Shown: piece by piece, positions 1 to 13,806 of the stretch
How the letters are laid out: every line of letters starts with the position of its first letter
Numbering within the stretch: the first letter of the stretch is position 1
DNA from: Heterodontus francisci
Lineage: Eukaryota
Assembly: GCF_036365525.1 (NCBI RefSeq)
Contig: NC_090404.1
Coordinates: 3,596,001-3,660,000 of the forward strand
Reading direction: 5' to 3'
DNA length: 64,000 bases
Program-made: the position numbers and the translations under genes
Notes under the pieces: model-generated
What the model was told of the DNA's origin: nothing
Databases searched by the model: none
Seen by the model: the letters and a program-made list of their open reading frames with translations, nothing else

Positions 1-5
1 TTTTT

Positions 6-3000
6 AGAACATTACAGCGCAGTACAGGCCCTTCGGCCCTCGATGTTGCGCCGACCTGTGAAACCATCTGACCTACACTATTCCATTTTCATCCATGTGT
101 CTATCCAATGTCCACTTAAATGCCCTTAAAGTTGGCGAATCTACTACTGCTGCAGGCAGGGCGTTCCACGCCCTTACTACTCTCTGAGTAAAGAAACTAC
201 CTCTCACATCTGTCCGATATCTATCACCCCTCAACTTGAAGCTATGTCCCCTCGTGTTTGCCATCACCATCCGAGGAAAAAGACGCTCACTATCCACCCT
301 ATCTAACCCTCTGATTATCTTATATGTCTCTATTAAGTCACCTCTCCTCCTCCTTCTCTCCAACGAAAACAACCTCAAGTCCCTCAGCCTTTCCTCGTAA
401 GACCTTCCCTCCATACCAGGCAACATCCTAGTAAATCTCCTCTGCACCCTTTCCATAGCTTCCACATCCTTCCTATAATGCGGTGACCAGAACTGCACGC
501 AATACTCCAGGTGCGGTCTCACCAGAGTTTTGTACAGCTGCAGCATGACCTCGTGGCTCCGAAACTCGACCCCCCTACTAATAAAAGCTAACACACCATA
601 TGCCTTCTTAACAGCCCTATTAACCTGGTTAGCAACCTTCAGGGATTTATGCACCTGGACACCAAGATCTCTCTGTTCATCTACACTACCAAGAATCTTC
701 CCATTAGCCCAGTACTCTGCATTCCTGTTACTCCTTCCAAAGTGAATCACCTCACACTTTTCCGCATTAAACTCCATTTGCCATCTCTCAGCCCAGCTCT
801 GCAGCCTATCTATGTCTCTCTGTACCCTACAACATCCTTCGGCACTATCCACAACTCCACCGACCTTAGTGTCATCTGCAAATTTACTAACCTACCCTTC
901 TACACCCTCATCCAGGTCATTTATAAAAATGACAAACAGCAGTGGCCCCAAAACAGATCCTTGCGGTACACCACTAGTAACTAAACTCCAGGATGAACAT
1001 TTGCCATCAACCACCACCCTCTGTCTTCTTTCAGCTAGCCAATTTCTGATCCAAAGCTCTAAATCACCTTCAACCCCATACTTCCGTATTTTCTGCAATA
1101 GCCTACCGTGGAGAACCTTATCAAACGCCTTACTGAAATCCATATACACCACATCCACTGCTTTACCCTCATCCACCTGTTTGGTCACCTTCTCGAAAAA
1201 CTCAATAAGGTTTGTGAGGCACGACCTACCCGTCACAAAACCGTGCTGACTATCTCGAATGTACTTATTCTTTTCAAGATGATTATAAATCCTGTCTCTT
1301 ATAACCTTTTCCAACATTTTACCCACAACCGAAGTAAGGCTCACAGGTCTATAATTACCAGGGCTGTCTCTACTCCCCTTCTTGAACAAGGGGACAACAT
1401 TTGCAATCCTCCAGTCTTCCGGCACTATTCCTGTCGACAATGACGACATAAAGATCAAGGACAAAGGCTCTGCAATCTCCTCCCTAGCTTCCCAGAGAAT
1501 CCTAGGATAAATCCCATCTGGCCCAGGGGACTTATCTATTTTCACACTTTCCAAAATTGCTAACACCTCCTCCTTGTGAACCTCAATCCCATCTAGCCTC
1601 GTGGCCTGAATCTCAGTATTCTCAACAACATTTTCTTTCTCTACTGTAAATACTGACGCAAAATATTCATTTAACACTTCCCCTATCTCCTCTGATTCCA
1701 CACACAACTTCCCACGACTATCCTTGATTGGCCCTAATCTAACTCCAGTCATTCTTTTATTCCTGATATACCTATAGAAAGCCTTAGGGTTTTCCCTGAT
1801 CCGATCCACCAATGACTTCTCGTGTCCTCTCCTTGCTCTTCTTAGCTCTCCCTTTAGATCCTTCCTGGCTAGCTTGTAGCTCTCAAGCGCCCTAACTGAG
1901 CCTTCACGTCTCATCCTAACATCAGCCTTCTTCTTCCTCTTGACAAGCGCTTCAACTTCTTTAGTAAACCACGGCTCCCTCGCTCGACAACTTCCTCCCT
2001 GCCTCACAGGTACATACTTATCAAGGACACGCAGTAGCTGCTCCTTGAATAAGCTCCACATTTCGATTGTTCCCATCCCCTGCAGTTTCCTTCCCCATCC
2101 TACGCATCCTAAATCTTGCCTAATCGCATCATAATTTCCTTTCCCCCAGTTATAATTCTTGCCCTGCGGTATATACCTGTCCCTGCCCATCGCTAAAGTA
2201 AACCTAACCGAATTGTGATCACTATCACCAAAGTGCTCACCTACATGTAAATCTAACACCTGGCCGGGTTCATTACCCAGTACCAAATCCAATGTGGCAT
2301 CGCCCCTGGTTGGCCTGTCTACATACTGTGTCAGAAAACCCTCCTGCACACACTGGACAAAAACTGACCCATCTAAAGTACTCGAACTATAGTATTTCCA
2401 GTCGATATTTGGAAAGTTAAAGTCCCCCATAACAACTACCCTGTTACTCTCGCCCCTGTCGAGAATCATCTTCGCTATCCTTTCCTCTACATCTCTGGAA
2501 CTATTCGGAGGTCTATAAAAGACTCCCAACAGGGTAACCTCACCTCTCCTGTTTCTAACCTCAGCCCATACTACCTCAGTAGACGAGTCCTCAAACGTCC
2601 TTTCTGTCGCTGTAATACTCTCCTTGATTAACAATGCCACCCACCCCCCCCCCCCCCCCCCCTCTTTTACCATCTTCTCTGTTCTTACTGAAACATCTAA
2701 ATCCCGGAATCTGCAACATCCATTCCTGCCCCTGCTCTACCCATGTCTCCGAAATGGCCACTACATCGAGATCCCAGGTACCAACCCATGCTGCAAGCTC
2801 ACCCACCTTATTCCGGATGCTCCTGGCGTTGAAATAGACACACTTTAAACCAGGTTCTTGCTTGCCAGTGCCCTCTTGCGTCCTTGTAACCATATCCCTG
2901 ACCTCACTACTCTCAACATCCTGTACACTGGCACTACAATTTAGGTTCCCATTCCCCTGCTGAATTAGTTTAAACCCCCCCCCCCCCCGAAGAGCACTAG

Positions 3001-3935
3001 CAAACCTCCCCCCCAGGATATTGGTACCCCTCTGGTTCAGGTGAAGACCATCCTGTTTGTAGAGGTCCCACCTACCCCAGAAAGAGCCCCAATGATCCAG
3101 GAAACTAAAACCCTCCCTCCTGCACCATCCCTGCAGCCACGTGTTCAACTCCTCTCTCTCCATATTCCTCGCTTCGCTATCACGTGGCACGGGCAACAAC
3201 CCAGAGATAACAACTCTGTTTGTTCTCACTGTAAGCTTCCACCCTAGCTCCCTAAATTTCTGTCTTAAATCCCCATCTCTCTTCCTACCTATGTCGTTGG
3301 TGCCTATGTGGACCACGACTTGGGGCTGCTCCCCCTCCCCATTAAGGATCCCAAAAACACGATCCGAGGCATCACGAACCCTGGCACCTGGGAGGCAACA
3401 TACCAACCGTGAGTCTCTCTCGTTCCCACAGAACCTCCTATCTGTTCCCCTAACTATGGAGTCCCCAATGACTAATGTTCTGCTCCTCTTCCCCCTTCCC
3501 TTCTGAGCAACAGGGACAGACTCTGCGCCAGATATCTGTACCCCATTGCTTAGCCCTGGTAAGTCGTCCCCCGCAACAGTATCCAAAACGGTATACCTGT
3601 TGTTGAGGGAAACGGCCACAGGGGATCCCTGCACTGCCTGCTGGTTCCCTCTCCTTCCCCTGACGGTAACCCATCTACCGACTTCTTTTACCTGAGGTGT
3701 GCCTACCTCCCCATAACTCCTCTCAATAACCTCCTCCGCCTCCCGAATGATCCGAAGTTCATCCAGCTCCAGCTCCAGTTCCCTAACGCAGTTCTCGAGG
3801 AGCTGGAGTTGGGTGCACTTCCCACAGATGCAGTCAGCAGGGACACTCTTGGCGACCCTTACCTCCCACATTCTGCAGGAGGAACATACAACTGCCTTAA
3901 CCTGCATTCTCACTATTCCAAATTCCCAACAAATC
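6..3935 (-). mobile_element. CR1-clade LINE, near full-length: ORF1 (Zn-finger/coiled-coil plus SGNH esterase) and ORF2 (APE endonuclease plus RT), disrupted
   Basis: ORF 2591-3913 has CxxC motifs, GDSIVRG, HIGTND, DGLHL and runs into the ORF2 start (CVYFNARSI..SETW). ORF 892-2673 has [37 protein letters not shown] 73-852 is the ORF2 C-terminus. Breaks occur at poly-C tracts 2641-2662 and 2975-2988 and at a stop at 892-894. Shark LINE-type 3' end near position 6-60. Confidence 0.95.
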
Positions 3936-4659
3936 TAGCTGAAATTGACTTCACAGCTGTAAGCCCGTTTACTCACCTCCGTTGCTATCCAAGCTGTCTT
4001 GTATTTGACATGATAGTGTTTTCCCCGTGGTGTTCTAAAAATTGTAACCTGCATCTAACTGATAGGTATGTGTCTCGATCCAGATGTCTAAAAAAATAAA
4101 TTGTTCCCTTGCCCAGATAAGAGGCTCATGAATTGATTTTAAAATTCTTCTGAAAAATGAATATGTCCAAACTTTAATGAATTAATGAGGGTTAAATATT
4201 TTGAATATCCGATAATCATTGAATGATATTGTTCTGGTCTTGAACGCACTTTCAGAACAAATAATGTCAGGAAGTGACTGCAGTCCTTCTAAAAACAGCT
4301 CCTGTTCTGATCTGATGGGAGACTGGGAACTACCATTGACAATTTAAACGGGGAATGTCGAGACTTCCGCTCCAAATAACCATCATGGAAACCTTATGTT
4401 GAATCCATTGTTTCGTTCATTTAAAAAAAAACGATAACTCGGGTGAGGTGCAGCAATTGGACTGGGTCACAACACAGGGCACAAAGTCACTGAACTACAT
4501 TTCTGTGAAACATTTAAAGTGATGCAGTCAGCCTGCAATCAGTTGCCATTCACAATAATCTTTAACTGTCTATCAGTATTCCATTAACTCATTTGCGTCA
4601 AATTCCTCAGTTTTAATTTCAAATATCCCCATTGGTTATAACAAGCAATAGAAAATATG

Positions 4660-5930
4660 TCTTATTAAGGTGTTCAAAATTTTGAAGCTTTTCTTTTCAT
4701 TAAATCAGGAAGAACTTGTTCTGCGAAGGCTTATGGATTTATAAAATCTTATAACATAGAAGGAAGACATTCGACCAGATCTGTCAGTGTCAGTTCTGAA
4801 ACAGCTGTACAAGTTAGACTCACAACCCAGTTTTTTCCTTGTAAACCGGTAGATTTCTTCCCTTCGAGTCCATGTCCAGTTGCCTTGCGCATTCTATATG
4901 GTCTTGCAGAGGGCCAACATGAACTCGACGGGTCGAAGGGCTTCCTTCTGTGCTGCAACAATTGCATATGCGTGGTAAAATAAACCTCCTTCTTCACCTC
5001 CCCCTTAGTTATTTTGCCAATTATTGCAAATCTGTGACTTTTTGTTCCCGACCCACTTGCCAGAGGAAACAATTTCTCCGTATCTGTTACACCAAAGCAT
5101 CCCATAATTTTGAATATATCTATTCAGTAACTGCTTAACTTTCGCCGCACTAAGGATAACAATTCAGCTTGTACAATCTCTCTACATAACTGAACTCCTC
5201 ATCCCTGACATAATCCTGGTAAATCTCCTCTCTGCTCTCCCGATAGCCTTCAGATCCTTCCTAAAGTGTGGAGGCCAGAATTGTGCAATAAATGCTCCAG
5301 AATAATCCATAATTTGTAAGGCTTAAAAGGGCTTCTTAGTTTTTGTGTTCAGTAGTATCCAGTGCTCCTTTATACAAGACTAAGTGTTCCATTCACTTTC
5401 TTAACTGTCTTATCAACTTAACCTGTCGCCTTCAAAACAATTGTGAATATGCACCTCAGATCCATCTACTTTTCACGCCCTTCAAAATGGCGCAATTTAG
5501 ATTACATTAACTTTCCATGTCGTTCCTCCAAAAGCGCGTCACTTCACACGTATCTGCATTCGATTACATCTGCTATGTGTCTGCACCTTTCACCGATCTT
5601 CTACGTCTTCCTGAACCTGTTACGATACTCATAACTATTTGTTTTGTACATCCTGCAACTAAGTCTACGTCATTATATTTATCAAAAAAGGCAACGGCCC
5701 TAATGCCAACCCAAGGGGAATCACAATGCTTAATTCATTCCAGTCAGCAAAGCATTGGTTGACGGTTATAAGCTGCTTCCTATACCTCAGCAAATACTAC
5801 CCAATTTACCACTATTCCTTTAATCCCTACATGCTTCTATTTTCGGAATAAGGCTCAAGTAGCTGTTATCTAATGCCATTTAAAAGTCCATATGTACAAT
5901 TATTCTGCCGTCTACATCAGAAATCTCTTT
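4660..5930 (-). mobile_element. Degenerate CR1 LINE 3' fragments in the J-C intron
   Basis: ORF remnants such as EKLFPLASGSGTKSHRF, typical of the CR1 ORF2 C-terminus; many stops. Boundaries approximate. Confidence 0.6.
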
Positions 5931-7548
5931 CACTTCATACTATAGATCGATTTTTCAGTAAGCCTCTGATGTTTGAATTATCCACACAAACCAGAAGTGA
6001 GAGTTGACCATGTTAGTTATTTGTGTCCTTCTTAAGTGGAACCCACTGATATTCACTCGATATTTTAATGTTCCAGCAATGCCAATATTCGATATTTATA
6101 GAATAAGTCTGTCCTGATGTTCACATTATTTTCGCTGCAAACAGCAACAAAAGGTGACTGCAACGACACAGTTAGCAACATCAGTTCTTACAGGTGGGAA
6201 GTGGGAAGATACTTTGGGAAATGAAATGGACCATTTAAATCATCAGTTTTGAGAATAGTAGTTATTTCGGATTATTAATTGAATTGGAGGGAGGAGGAAT
6301 CTCAGGAGAGATCTATTGGATCGAGCAGAAGTCACAATGCAGTGGAGTGCATCACTCTTCCTCAAGTACTGAGAAGGCAGCCTAGAGTCAACGCTGATTC
6401 CTCTGACACTTTCAATCCAGAGCAGGTTGTGTAAAAATCACCAATGAGCTCTGTCGACTAAAGTCATTCGGTCAATTTTTAAGGAGATTTCAGCTGTATA
6501 TTGTAAAAGCCCTTTATTGTCTTGGAAACAAACAAGAACAGTGTGAGGTTTGATCGAGGAATTTGGAATTATATTTCCTCAGTCAGGTGAGTTGCTAAAT
6601 TGAAGGCGCTGATTTTAAATCCGCAGCAGATGGCTAACTCAAAAGAATGTGAATCTAAATTTATACACAGGAAGTTGGTAATACATGGAATGTCCGAGTG
6701 GAAAGAATTTTGCGAGCAGAATCCAAAATATCTTGATGTAATGAAGCTTTTTAAAAGAAGATGGGAATTAGAACGTGGACAGGATTGCTACAGCAAGTTT
6801 TTAAGGGGTGTGATGGGCCGAATGGCCTCCGCCTGTGTTCTAAAGTTCTGCCATTTTATCACTCGGTGCCATTCTTTATAAAGACGCTCGTTTTAAAATT
6901 AGCAGTAGGAGTCGTGTGATTAAGAGACTGAGCCCTGCTGCAATTCATGAAATGCATCCTCTGAAAACAACAAAAACTTGATCTATGTAGCATCTTTAAA
7001 CATAGTAAAACGGCCCCAGACGATTCATAGGAGCGAAGCGAGACAAAAACAGACGCTGAGACACCTGAGGCGATTTCAGGACCGTTCATCAAAAGCTTGG
7101 TCAAAAGGTATGTTTTAAGGTCTCAAAAATTAGAGCTGACCAACCTTTGAAATCATGGAATGGTCCGAATGTATACAGATCATAAGTGGCTGATAGAAAA
7201 AGGATGTCAGAAGGATCTCAGTAGATGTAGTGTCGAAGAATCCAAAGTTGTTGAGTTGTGCTCCTCAACAGGGCAGCAAATATCTGGAGGTAGCCCACCA
7301 TACAATATTCACTTGGTCTAAAAGGGCCTCGTGGCCAGAATGCTCCTTTAAGACTCGTGCCTTCCCTTATGAACGAGACTGGTGTTACAGGAAGGCATCA
7401 AACGGCAGGTCTATCAATTCTAAAAAGTAGGTTTGGATCGGGAAACGTTGCATGTAGATTATACCAGTAGTCAAACTTCGACTTCTTTCATCATTTTATA
7501 AGCACGGCTCTCAGATTCTAACTTCTTCCATTGGTTATTCATTCCTAG

Positions 7549-7848
7549 CGCCACCGTCCTCCCCTATCCTCTATGCCGTCCTCTCCTCCTGTGAACAACC
7601 CAACACCAAAGGTTCCGTGACCTATGGCTGTTTGGCGATGGACTACATCCCCGATATCGCCACCGTTTCCTGGAAGAAAGATAAAGAGCCGATCACCACT
7701 GGACTGAAGACTTACCCGTCAGTGCTGAACACGAAGGGAACCTACACCCTGAGCAGCCAGTTAACTATAACCGAGTCAGAGGTGGGAAGCAGCAAAATCT
7801 ATTGCGAGGTTCGACACAAACGGTCAGACAAGATTATCGAAATGCCAG
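7549..7848 (+). CDS. IGHM: IgM heavy chain constant exon CH1 (Cmu1)
   Basis: Acceptor ttcctag|, donor |gttagt, phase 1/1. Encodes [99 protein letters not shown]: a C1-set domain with C-W-C, closely resembling shark Cmu1. Confidence 0.96.
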
Positions 7849-8590
7849 GTTAGTGCTGTGGGATAGAGAGGTCGTCAGTAGGCGGGGGAATGGGATCTGT
7901 GATAAGCCAAGAATATATGTTCAAATTGCAGAGATATTTGATTAAACAAGTCTTCGACTTGTGTCTTCAGGTCTTCATATCACACGTAGCATACTGAGCA
8001 TATTTCTGGTCCCTGTGTCACACTTATTGTTATGCACGCCGTTCTGCTTTCCATGTCACTCTTGGAGCAATGTAAACAGTTCTGCCCTCCATATTAAGAG
8101 AATCATACGGGGCAGTGGAGAAAGAGCAACAACTGTTTACAAGAACTAAACCAGAAATGAGAGGCCATAACTATCAAGAAAGATTGAATAGTCTTTTCTC
8201 TCCAAAAATGAAGGCTGAGGTGAGACAGAATATAGCTCTTTAGAATTATGAAGCAGATTGATAGGTCATGTATATAACACAGTCACTAGAAAAAAAAATC
8301 CAATGAGAAATTCAGGAGAAGCTTCTGTGCCCACAGAGAGACTAGAATGTGGAACTTGCCATAGTTGAGGCGAATAGCATAGGTGCCTTTAAAGGGATGC
8401 GGGATAAGTACATGGGGGAAAAGGAACAAAAGGTTCTTTTGATATGGCGAGATGAAATGGGGCGAGAGGATGCTCGTGTGGAGCAGCAACTCCGGCATCG
8501 AATGGCCTGTTTCTATTTTGCACATCCTGCAGTTGTCAATTGCTTGAATTTCAACAAATTTAAATCCCAATGATATGTATTTTCCTGTAG

Positions 8591-8902
8591 ATCGTGTGGT
8601 ACATCCTCCAACTGTTATCCTTACCCGGAGTTCCAGTGAAAAAATCACAAGCAGCAGATTTGCAACTGCCGTGTGTTCAGTAATCGATTTCCGTCCAAAG
8701 TCAATAACTGTGAGTTGGTTGAAGGATGGACAACCCATGGATTCGGGCTTTGTCACTTCTCCAGTCTTTGAAGTGAACGGGAACTTCTCAGCCACCAGTC
8801 GGCTTACAGTTCCCGCTGGGGAATGGTTCACCAACACGGTCTTTACTTGCCAGGTCTCTCATCAAGCGATTACCCAAAGTCAAAACATCACCGGATTTCT
8901 GG
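8591..8902 (+). CDS. IGHM: IgM heavy chain constant exon CH2 (Cmu2)
   Basis: Acceptor ttcctgtag|, donor |gtaaga, phase 1/1. Encodes [47 protein letters not shown]...[26 protein letters not shown]. Confidence 0.96.
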
Positions 8903-9049
8903 GTAAGAGACATAACCTAGGACAGTTTCAGGTCATTCTGAGCGTCAATCTTAAAAAGAGTTAAGAATGTTTTTGGACTTATCACAGAGTCCATAATTAT
9001 TTCTATTTTCCTATCATGCCGTTTGTGTTTCCTTCCAATTTAAAAGCAA

Positions 9050-9430
9050 AATACTTTCCTTTATACAGCGCCTTTAGTGACCTCCGATTGTCCTAAAACA
9101 CTTGACAGTCAATGGGATTACTTATGAAATGTGATCACTGTCGTAATGTACAAAGTTTTGTAGCCAGTTACTGCACATCAAGCTCTTAGGAACAGCAACA
9201 TGGTTTCATATTTGTTGAGGGATACATGTTGACCAGGAATCAGAGGCACCTGCTGAGTATTTCCAGCATTTTCTGTTTTTATTTAGATAGGCCCTCGGCT
9301 TAACATATCCCAAAGTTGTCACCTCCCACAATGCATTGCTCACTCGCCACTACATTGCGCATGTCAGCTCATGCTGGTGTTCAAATATCTGGAGTGGGAA
9401 TTGACCCCCCAATTCCTACCGAATCAGAAT
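9050..9430 (-). mobile_element. Degenerate Deu-domain SINE (SacSINE1-like) in the CH2-CH3 intron
   Basis: Patchy similarity to the better-preserved copy at 44248-44690 (tttatacagcgcc..., ggccctcggcttaacat..., ctggagtgggaattgaccc). Confidence 0.5.
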
Positions 9431-10539
9431 TCCTCAGGGTTTCGGATTCCATAACCTCGCAAAATAAGGTGTCCTTTTGTTCTGATGCTGGACAATGAGT
9501 GAGGAGTCATTGGCTTCAGTTTTACCCGAAATTGGCTGATCATATTCAAAGTGGCAGTAGGTATCTGCAAAGGTTTACTGGTAGTTGCCCAGCACCATAC
9601 TGCCAACAAATAACTTATTTAGGTTACTGCGTTCGTTTGAGCAGCGCTGAGGACTGGTTTCAGACTAGGCTTGCAAGCTTTTCAGTGTAGAAGATTAAGT
9701 GGTGATCCAATTGATGTGTTTAGGTTGATTAATGGGATTGATTCCAGAGATAGAGAGGAAATATTTCCTTTCGAGTGTTAGTCCAGAACATAACACTGTA
9801 GCCTTAAAATTACAAATAAGATATTCAAGGGTAATGTCAGGAAGGACGTCTTCATACAGGGGGCAGTTTAAAGTTGGAACTTTCATTACCAAAAATGGTG
9901 AAGTTGGGCTTCAAATGAAATATTTAAATATGATATTAATAGAGTTTCCTTAGGCAAGGGTATCAAGGATTACGGAACCCAGGAAGATAATTGGAGTTAA
10001 TATATAGATCACATATGGTCTAATTTATTTGCGGAATAAGCTCGAAGGGCGGAATGACCGCTTGTTTCTATTTACCTCACACTGCCCTGCTGTCACATCT
10101 CCTTCTGAATCTTTTTTTCACCAGCCTGACACATGAGAAACGATCACTAATGACAGATTGAGAAATTCCTTCACTCCGGCATTACAAACTATTCTGCAAC
10201 ACAAAAGATCCCTTGGAAATCCATTTTCCCGACCTTTCACCTCTCCCCTGACTGAGGCTGCGACGAGTTCCTGTACATTTCCATCGTCACAAAAATCCCA
10301 AAAGGCACTAAAGAATTAAAGTTGCCTCATGTTGCGTCTAAAATTCTGTATTTCCTTTGCTACCTGTTTTGAACCAGCGTAATTTGCTTGTAGATCTCTT
10401 GAGAGAAAGAGCGAACACATTGTGATCAACGGAGATGCGTGTAACATAAGAATCGATCGATAGGTATAAATGTGCAGCATGAATGACCGAGACTTGGCTG
10501 TGCAGGGCACAATTTCAAAAATTTTCGGACGACACTCAA

Positions 10540-11210
10540 CTTGGAAGTATTGTGAACTGTGAGAAGGATAGTGATAGACTTGACCAGGACATAGACAGGC
10601 TGGTGAGATAGGCGGGCACATGGGAGATGGAATTTAATGCAGAGAAGTGTGAACTGATACATTTTGGTGGGAAGAATGAGAAAAGGCAATATCAAATAAA
10701 GGATACAATTGTAGAGAAGGTGCAGGAGTGAGCTGAGGGGTATATGAGTACAAATTGCTGAATGTGGCAGGGCGCATTTGAAAGTAATTAATAAGTCAGA
10801 CGGGATACTGGACTTTATAAATCGATGCATAGACTACAAAAGCAAGAAAGCTATGGTGAACAATTATATAACACTAGTTCGGCCTCAACTGGAACATTGT
10901 GCCCAGTTCTGGGCAGCACATTTTAGAAAGGAAATAAAAGCGTTTGAGAAGGTGCAGAAATAAAATACAAGAATGGTTCCCGGGGTGAGGGACTCCAGTT
11001 ACATGGATAAATTGGAGAAGCTGTGGCTGTACTCCTTAGAGAAGAGAAGGCTGAGAGAAGATTTGAGGGAGATGTTCAAAATCATGACGGGTATAGGCAT
11101 AGTAAATAGGGGGAAACTGTTCCCATCGGCGAAAGGGTCGAGCACAACAGGCCACGGAATTAGGGTGAATCGCAATGTGTTGTTAGGCTCGGGAATGGAC
11201 TGCCTGAGAG
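10540..11210 (+). mobile_element. CR1 LINE 3' fragment
   Basis: ORFs 10778-10963 (LVRPQLEHCAQFWAAHF) and 10973-11221 (LYSLEKRRLREDL). Confidence 0.85.
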
Positions 11211-11339
11211 TGTTTTGTTAATTCGTTTGTGGGATGTGGGCATCGCTGGCGAGGGCAGCATTTATTGTACATACCTAATTGCTCTTGACAAGCTGGTGAT
11301 GAGATGCCTTCTTGAGCTGCTGAAGTCCATGAGGTGTGT

Positions 11340-13024
11340 CATAGAGTCCTAAAGTCATAGAGTTATACAGCACAGAAAGAGGACCTTCGGCCCATCGTGT
11401 CTGTGCCGGCCATCCAGCACGCAACTATTCTAATCCCATTTTACTGCACTTGGCCCGTAGCCTTGTATGCTGTGGCGTTTCAAGTGCTCATCTAAATACT
11501 TCTTAACTGTTGTGAGGGTTCATGCCTCCACCACCTCTTCAGGCATGCGTTCCAGATTCCAACCACCAGCTGAGTGATTTTGTTTTCCTCATATTCCTGC
11601 AAACCTCCTTCCCCTTACCCTAAATGTATGCAGCTGGTTCTTGACCCCTCCGCTAAGGGAAAAAAGAGGTTTCTTCCTATCTAACCTATCAGTGGCCCTC
11701 ATAATCTTGTACGTCAATCATGTCCCCCCTCAGTCTTCACTGCTCCAAGGAAAACAACGCTAGCCTTTTCAGTCTCTCTTCATAGCTGAAATCCTCCAGC
11801 CCAGGCAACTTCCTGGTGAATCTCCTCTGCACCCTCTCCAGCGCAATCACATCCTTCCTACAGTGTGGTGCCCAGAACTGTACATAGTACTCCAGCTGTT
11901 GCCTAACCAGCGTTTTATATAGCTCCATCATAACCTCCCTCTTATATTCTAAGCCTCAGCTAATAAAGGCAAGTATCCCATATGCCTTCCTAACCACCTT
12001 ATCAACCTGTGCTGCTGCCTCAGTAATCTATGGACAAGTACACCAAGGTACCTCTGACCTTCTGTGCTTCATAGGGTCCTACCATGCATTGTATATTCCC
12101 TTGTCTTGTTCGTCGCCCAGAATGCACTACTTCACACTTTTCAGGATTAGATTCCATTTGCCACTGTTCCACCCTTCTTACCAACCCAAAGATATCGTCC
12201 TGGAATCTAAGGATTTCCTCCTCACTATTTACAACACCACCAATTTTCGTGTCATCTGCGAACTTACTGATCATACCTCCTATATTCATGTCTAAATCAT
12301 TGATGTACACTAAAAACAGCAAGGGTCCCAGCACCGATCCCAGTTGTACACCACTGGTCACAGGCTTCCAATCACAAAAACAGCCCTCGACCATCACCCT
12401 CTGTCTCCTGCCACTAAGCCAATTTTGGATCCAATTTGCCAAATTGCCCTGGATCCCATGGGATCTTACCTTCTTAACCAATCTCCCATGCGGGATCTTA
12501 TCAAAAGCCTTACTGAAATCCATGTATACTACATCTACTGCTTTACCCCCGTCTTCACATCCAGTCACCTCCTCGAAAAATTCAATCAAGTTAGTTAGAC
12601 ACGATCTCCTCCTAGCAAAGTCATGCTGACTATCCCTGATTAATCCCTGCCTCTCCAAGTGGAGATTAATCCTGTCTGTCAGAATGTTTTCCAATAGTTT
12701 CCCAAACACTGATGTGAGACTCATTGGCCTGAAAGTACCTGGTTTATTCCTGTTACCCTTCTTGAATAATGGTACCACATTCGCTGTCCTCCAGTCCTCT
12801 GGTACCTCTCCTGTGGCCAGAGAGGAATTGAAAATTTGTGTCAAAGCCCCTGCTATTTCCTCCCTTGCCTCACATAACAGCTTGGGATACATATCATCTG
12901 GGCCTGGGGATTTATCCACTTTTATGCGCGCTAAAACAGCTAATACTTCCTCCCTTTCAATGCTAATATGTCCAAGTATATCATAGTCCCCCTCCCTGAC
13001 CTCTACACCTACATCGCCCTTCAA
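11340..13024 (-). mobile_element. CR1 LINE, 5'-truncated (RT domain to 3' tail)
   Basis: ORF 12020-13024 ([26 protein letters not shown]), ORF 11737-11931, and tail repeats at ~11340-11370. Confidence 0.93.
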
Positions 13025-13497
13025 TCGTCGCTTTCAAAAGGGAATTGGATAATTTCCTAAAGATAAAAAAAATGCCTATCTGCGGGGAAAACGCAAGGGA
13101 GTGGGACGAACTGATTTACTCTTGCAGTGAGCTGGCGCTGTCATGAAGGGCCGAATGACTTCATTCTGTGCTGTTAACATTCTCTGATTTTCTGATTCCA
13201 TGATCTGGACGATGTTATCCAGTGCGTAATACAACTGCGCCTGAATTTATTCAAAATATTATGCTGAGAATTTACTTCACAGTCATTACATCGGACTCAG
13301 GGTGAAAATACATAGGAAATGTTCGAGTTTTCTGGAATCGTTGTCTAGCCTTTTCCCTGCCAATAACGATGGCGTTAACGCAGCACAGGGATTGATATCT
13401 TAAAGGTGATATATTTTCCTTGAGGGAGTGAAGGCTGAATACTGGTGTCCTGATACTGAAGATGAAACTTTGATTGTCTCGAATTTCTGTTACACAG

Positions 13498-13806
13498 TTG
13501 GTCCCGCATGCACCGATCCAGTGATCATCCTGCCACAACCTTCAATAGAACAGGTCTTACTGGAAGCGACGGTGACCTTAACCTGCGTTGTGTCTAATGC
13601 TCCTTATGGAGTCAACATAACCTGGATACAAGAAAATAAGCCTTTGAAATCAGAGATTGCTGTCCAACCCGGAGAGGATCCCAACAGCGTGATCACCACC
13701 GTAAACATCTCGACACAAGCCTGGCTGAGTGGGGCTGAGTTCTACTGCGTGGTGAGCCATCAGGATCTGCCGACTCCTCTCAGAGATTCCATCCACAAGG
13801 AAGAAG
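13498..13806 (+). CDS. IGHM: IgM heavy chain constant exon CH3 (Cmu3)
   Basis: Acceptor tacacag|, donor |gtaagc, phase 1/1. Encodes [46 protein letters not shown]...[29 protein letters not shown]. Confidence 0.96.

Noticed and set aside
812-1249. Antisense ORFs over CR1 RT (also 12084-12629, 28467-28886, 50427-50786)
   Set aside because: These are shadow frames of conserved RT codons with no independent evidence of function.
3940-7548. Search for a JH segment upstream of CH1
   Set aside because: No WGxGT motif with an RSS and splice donor was found.
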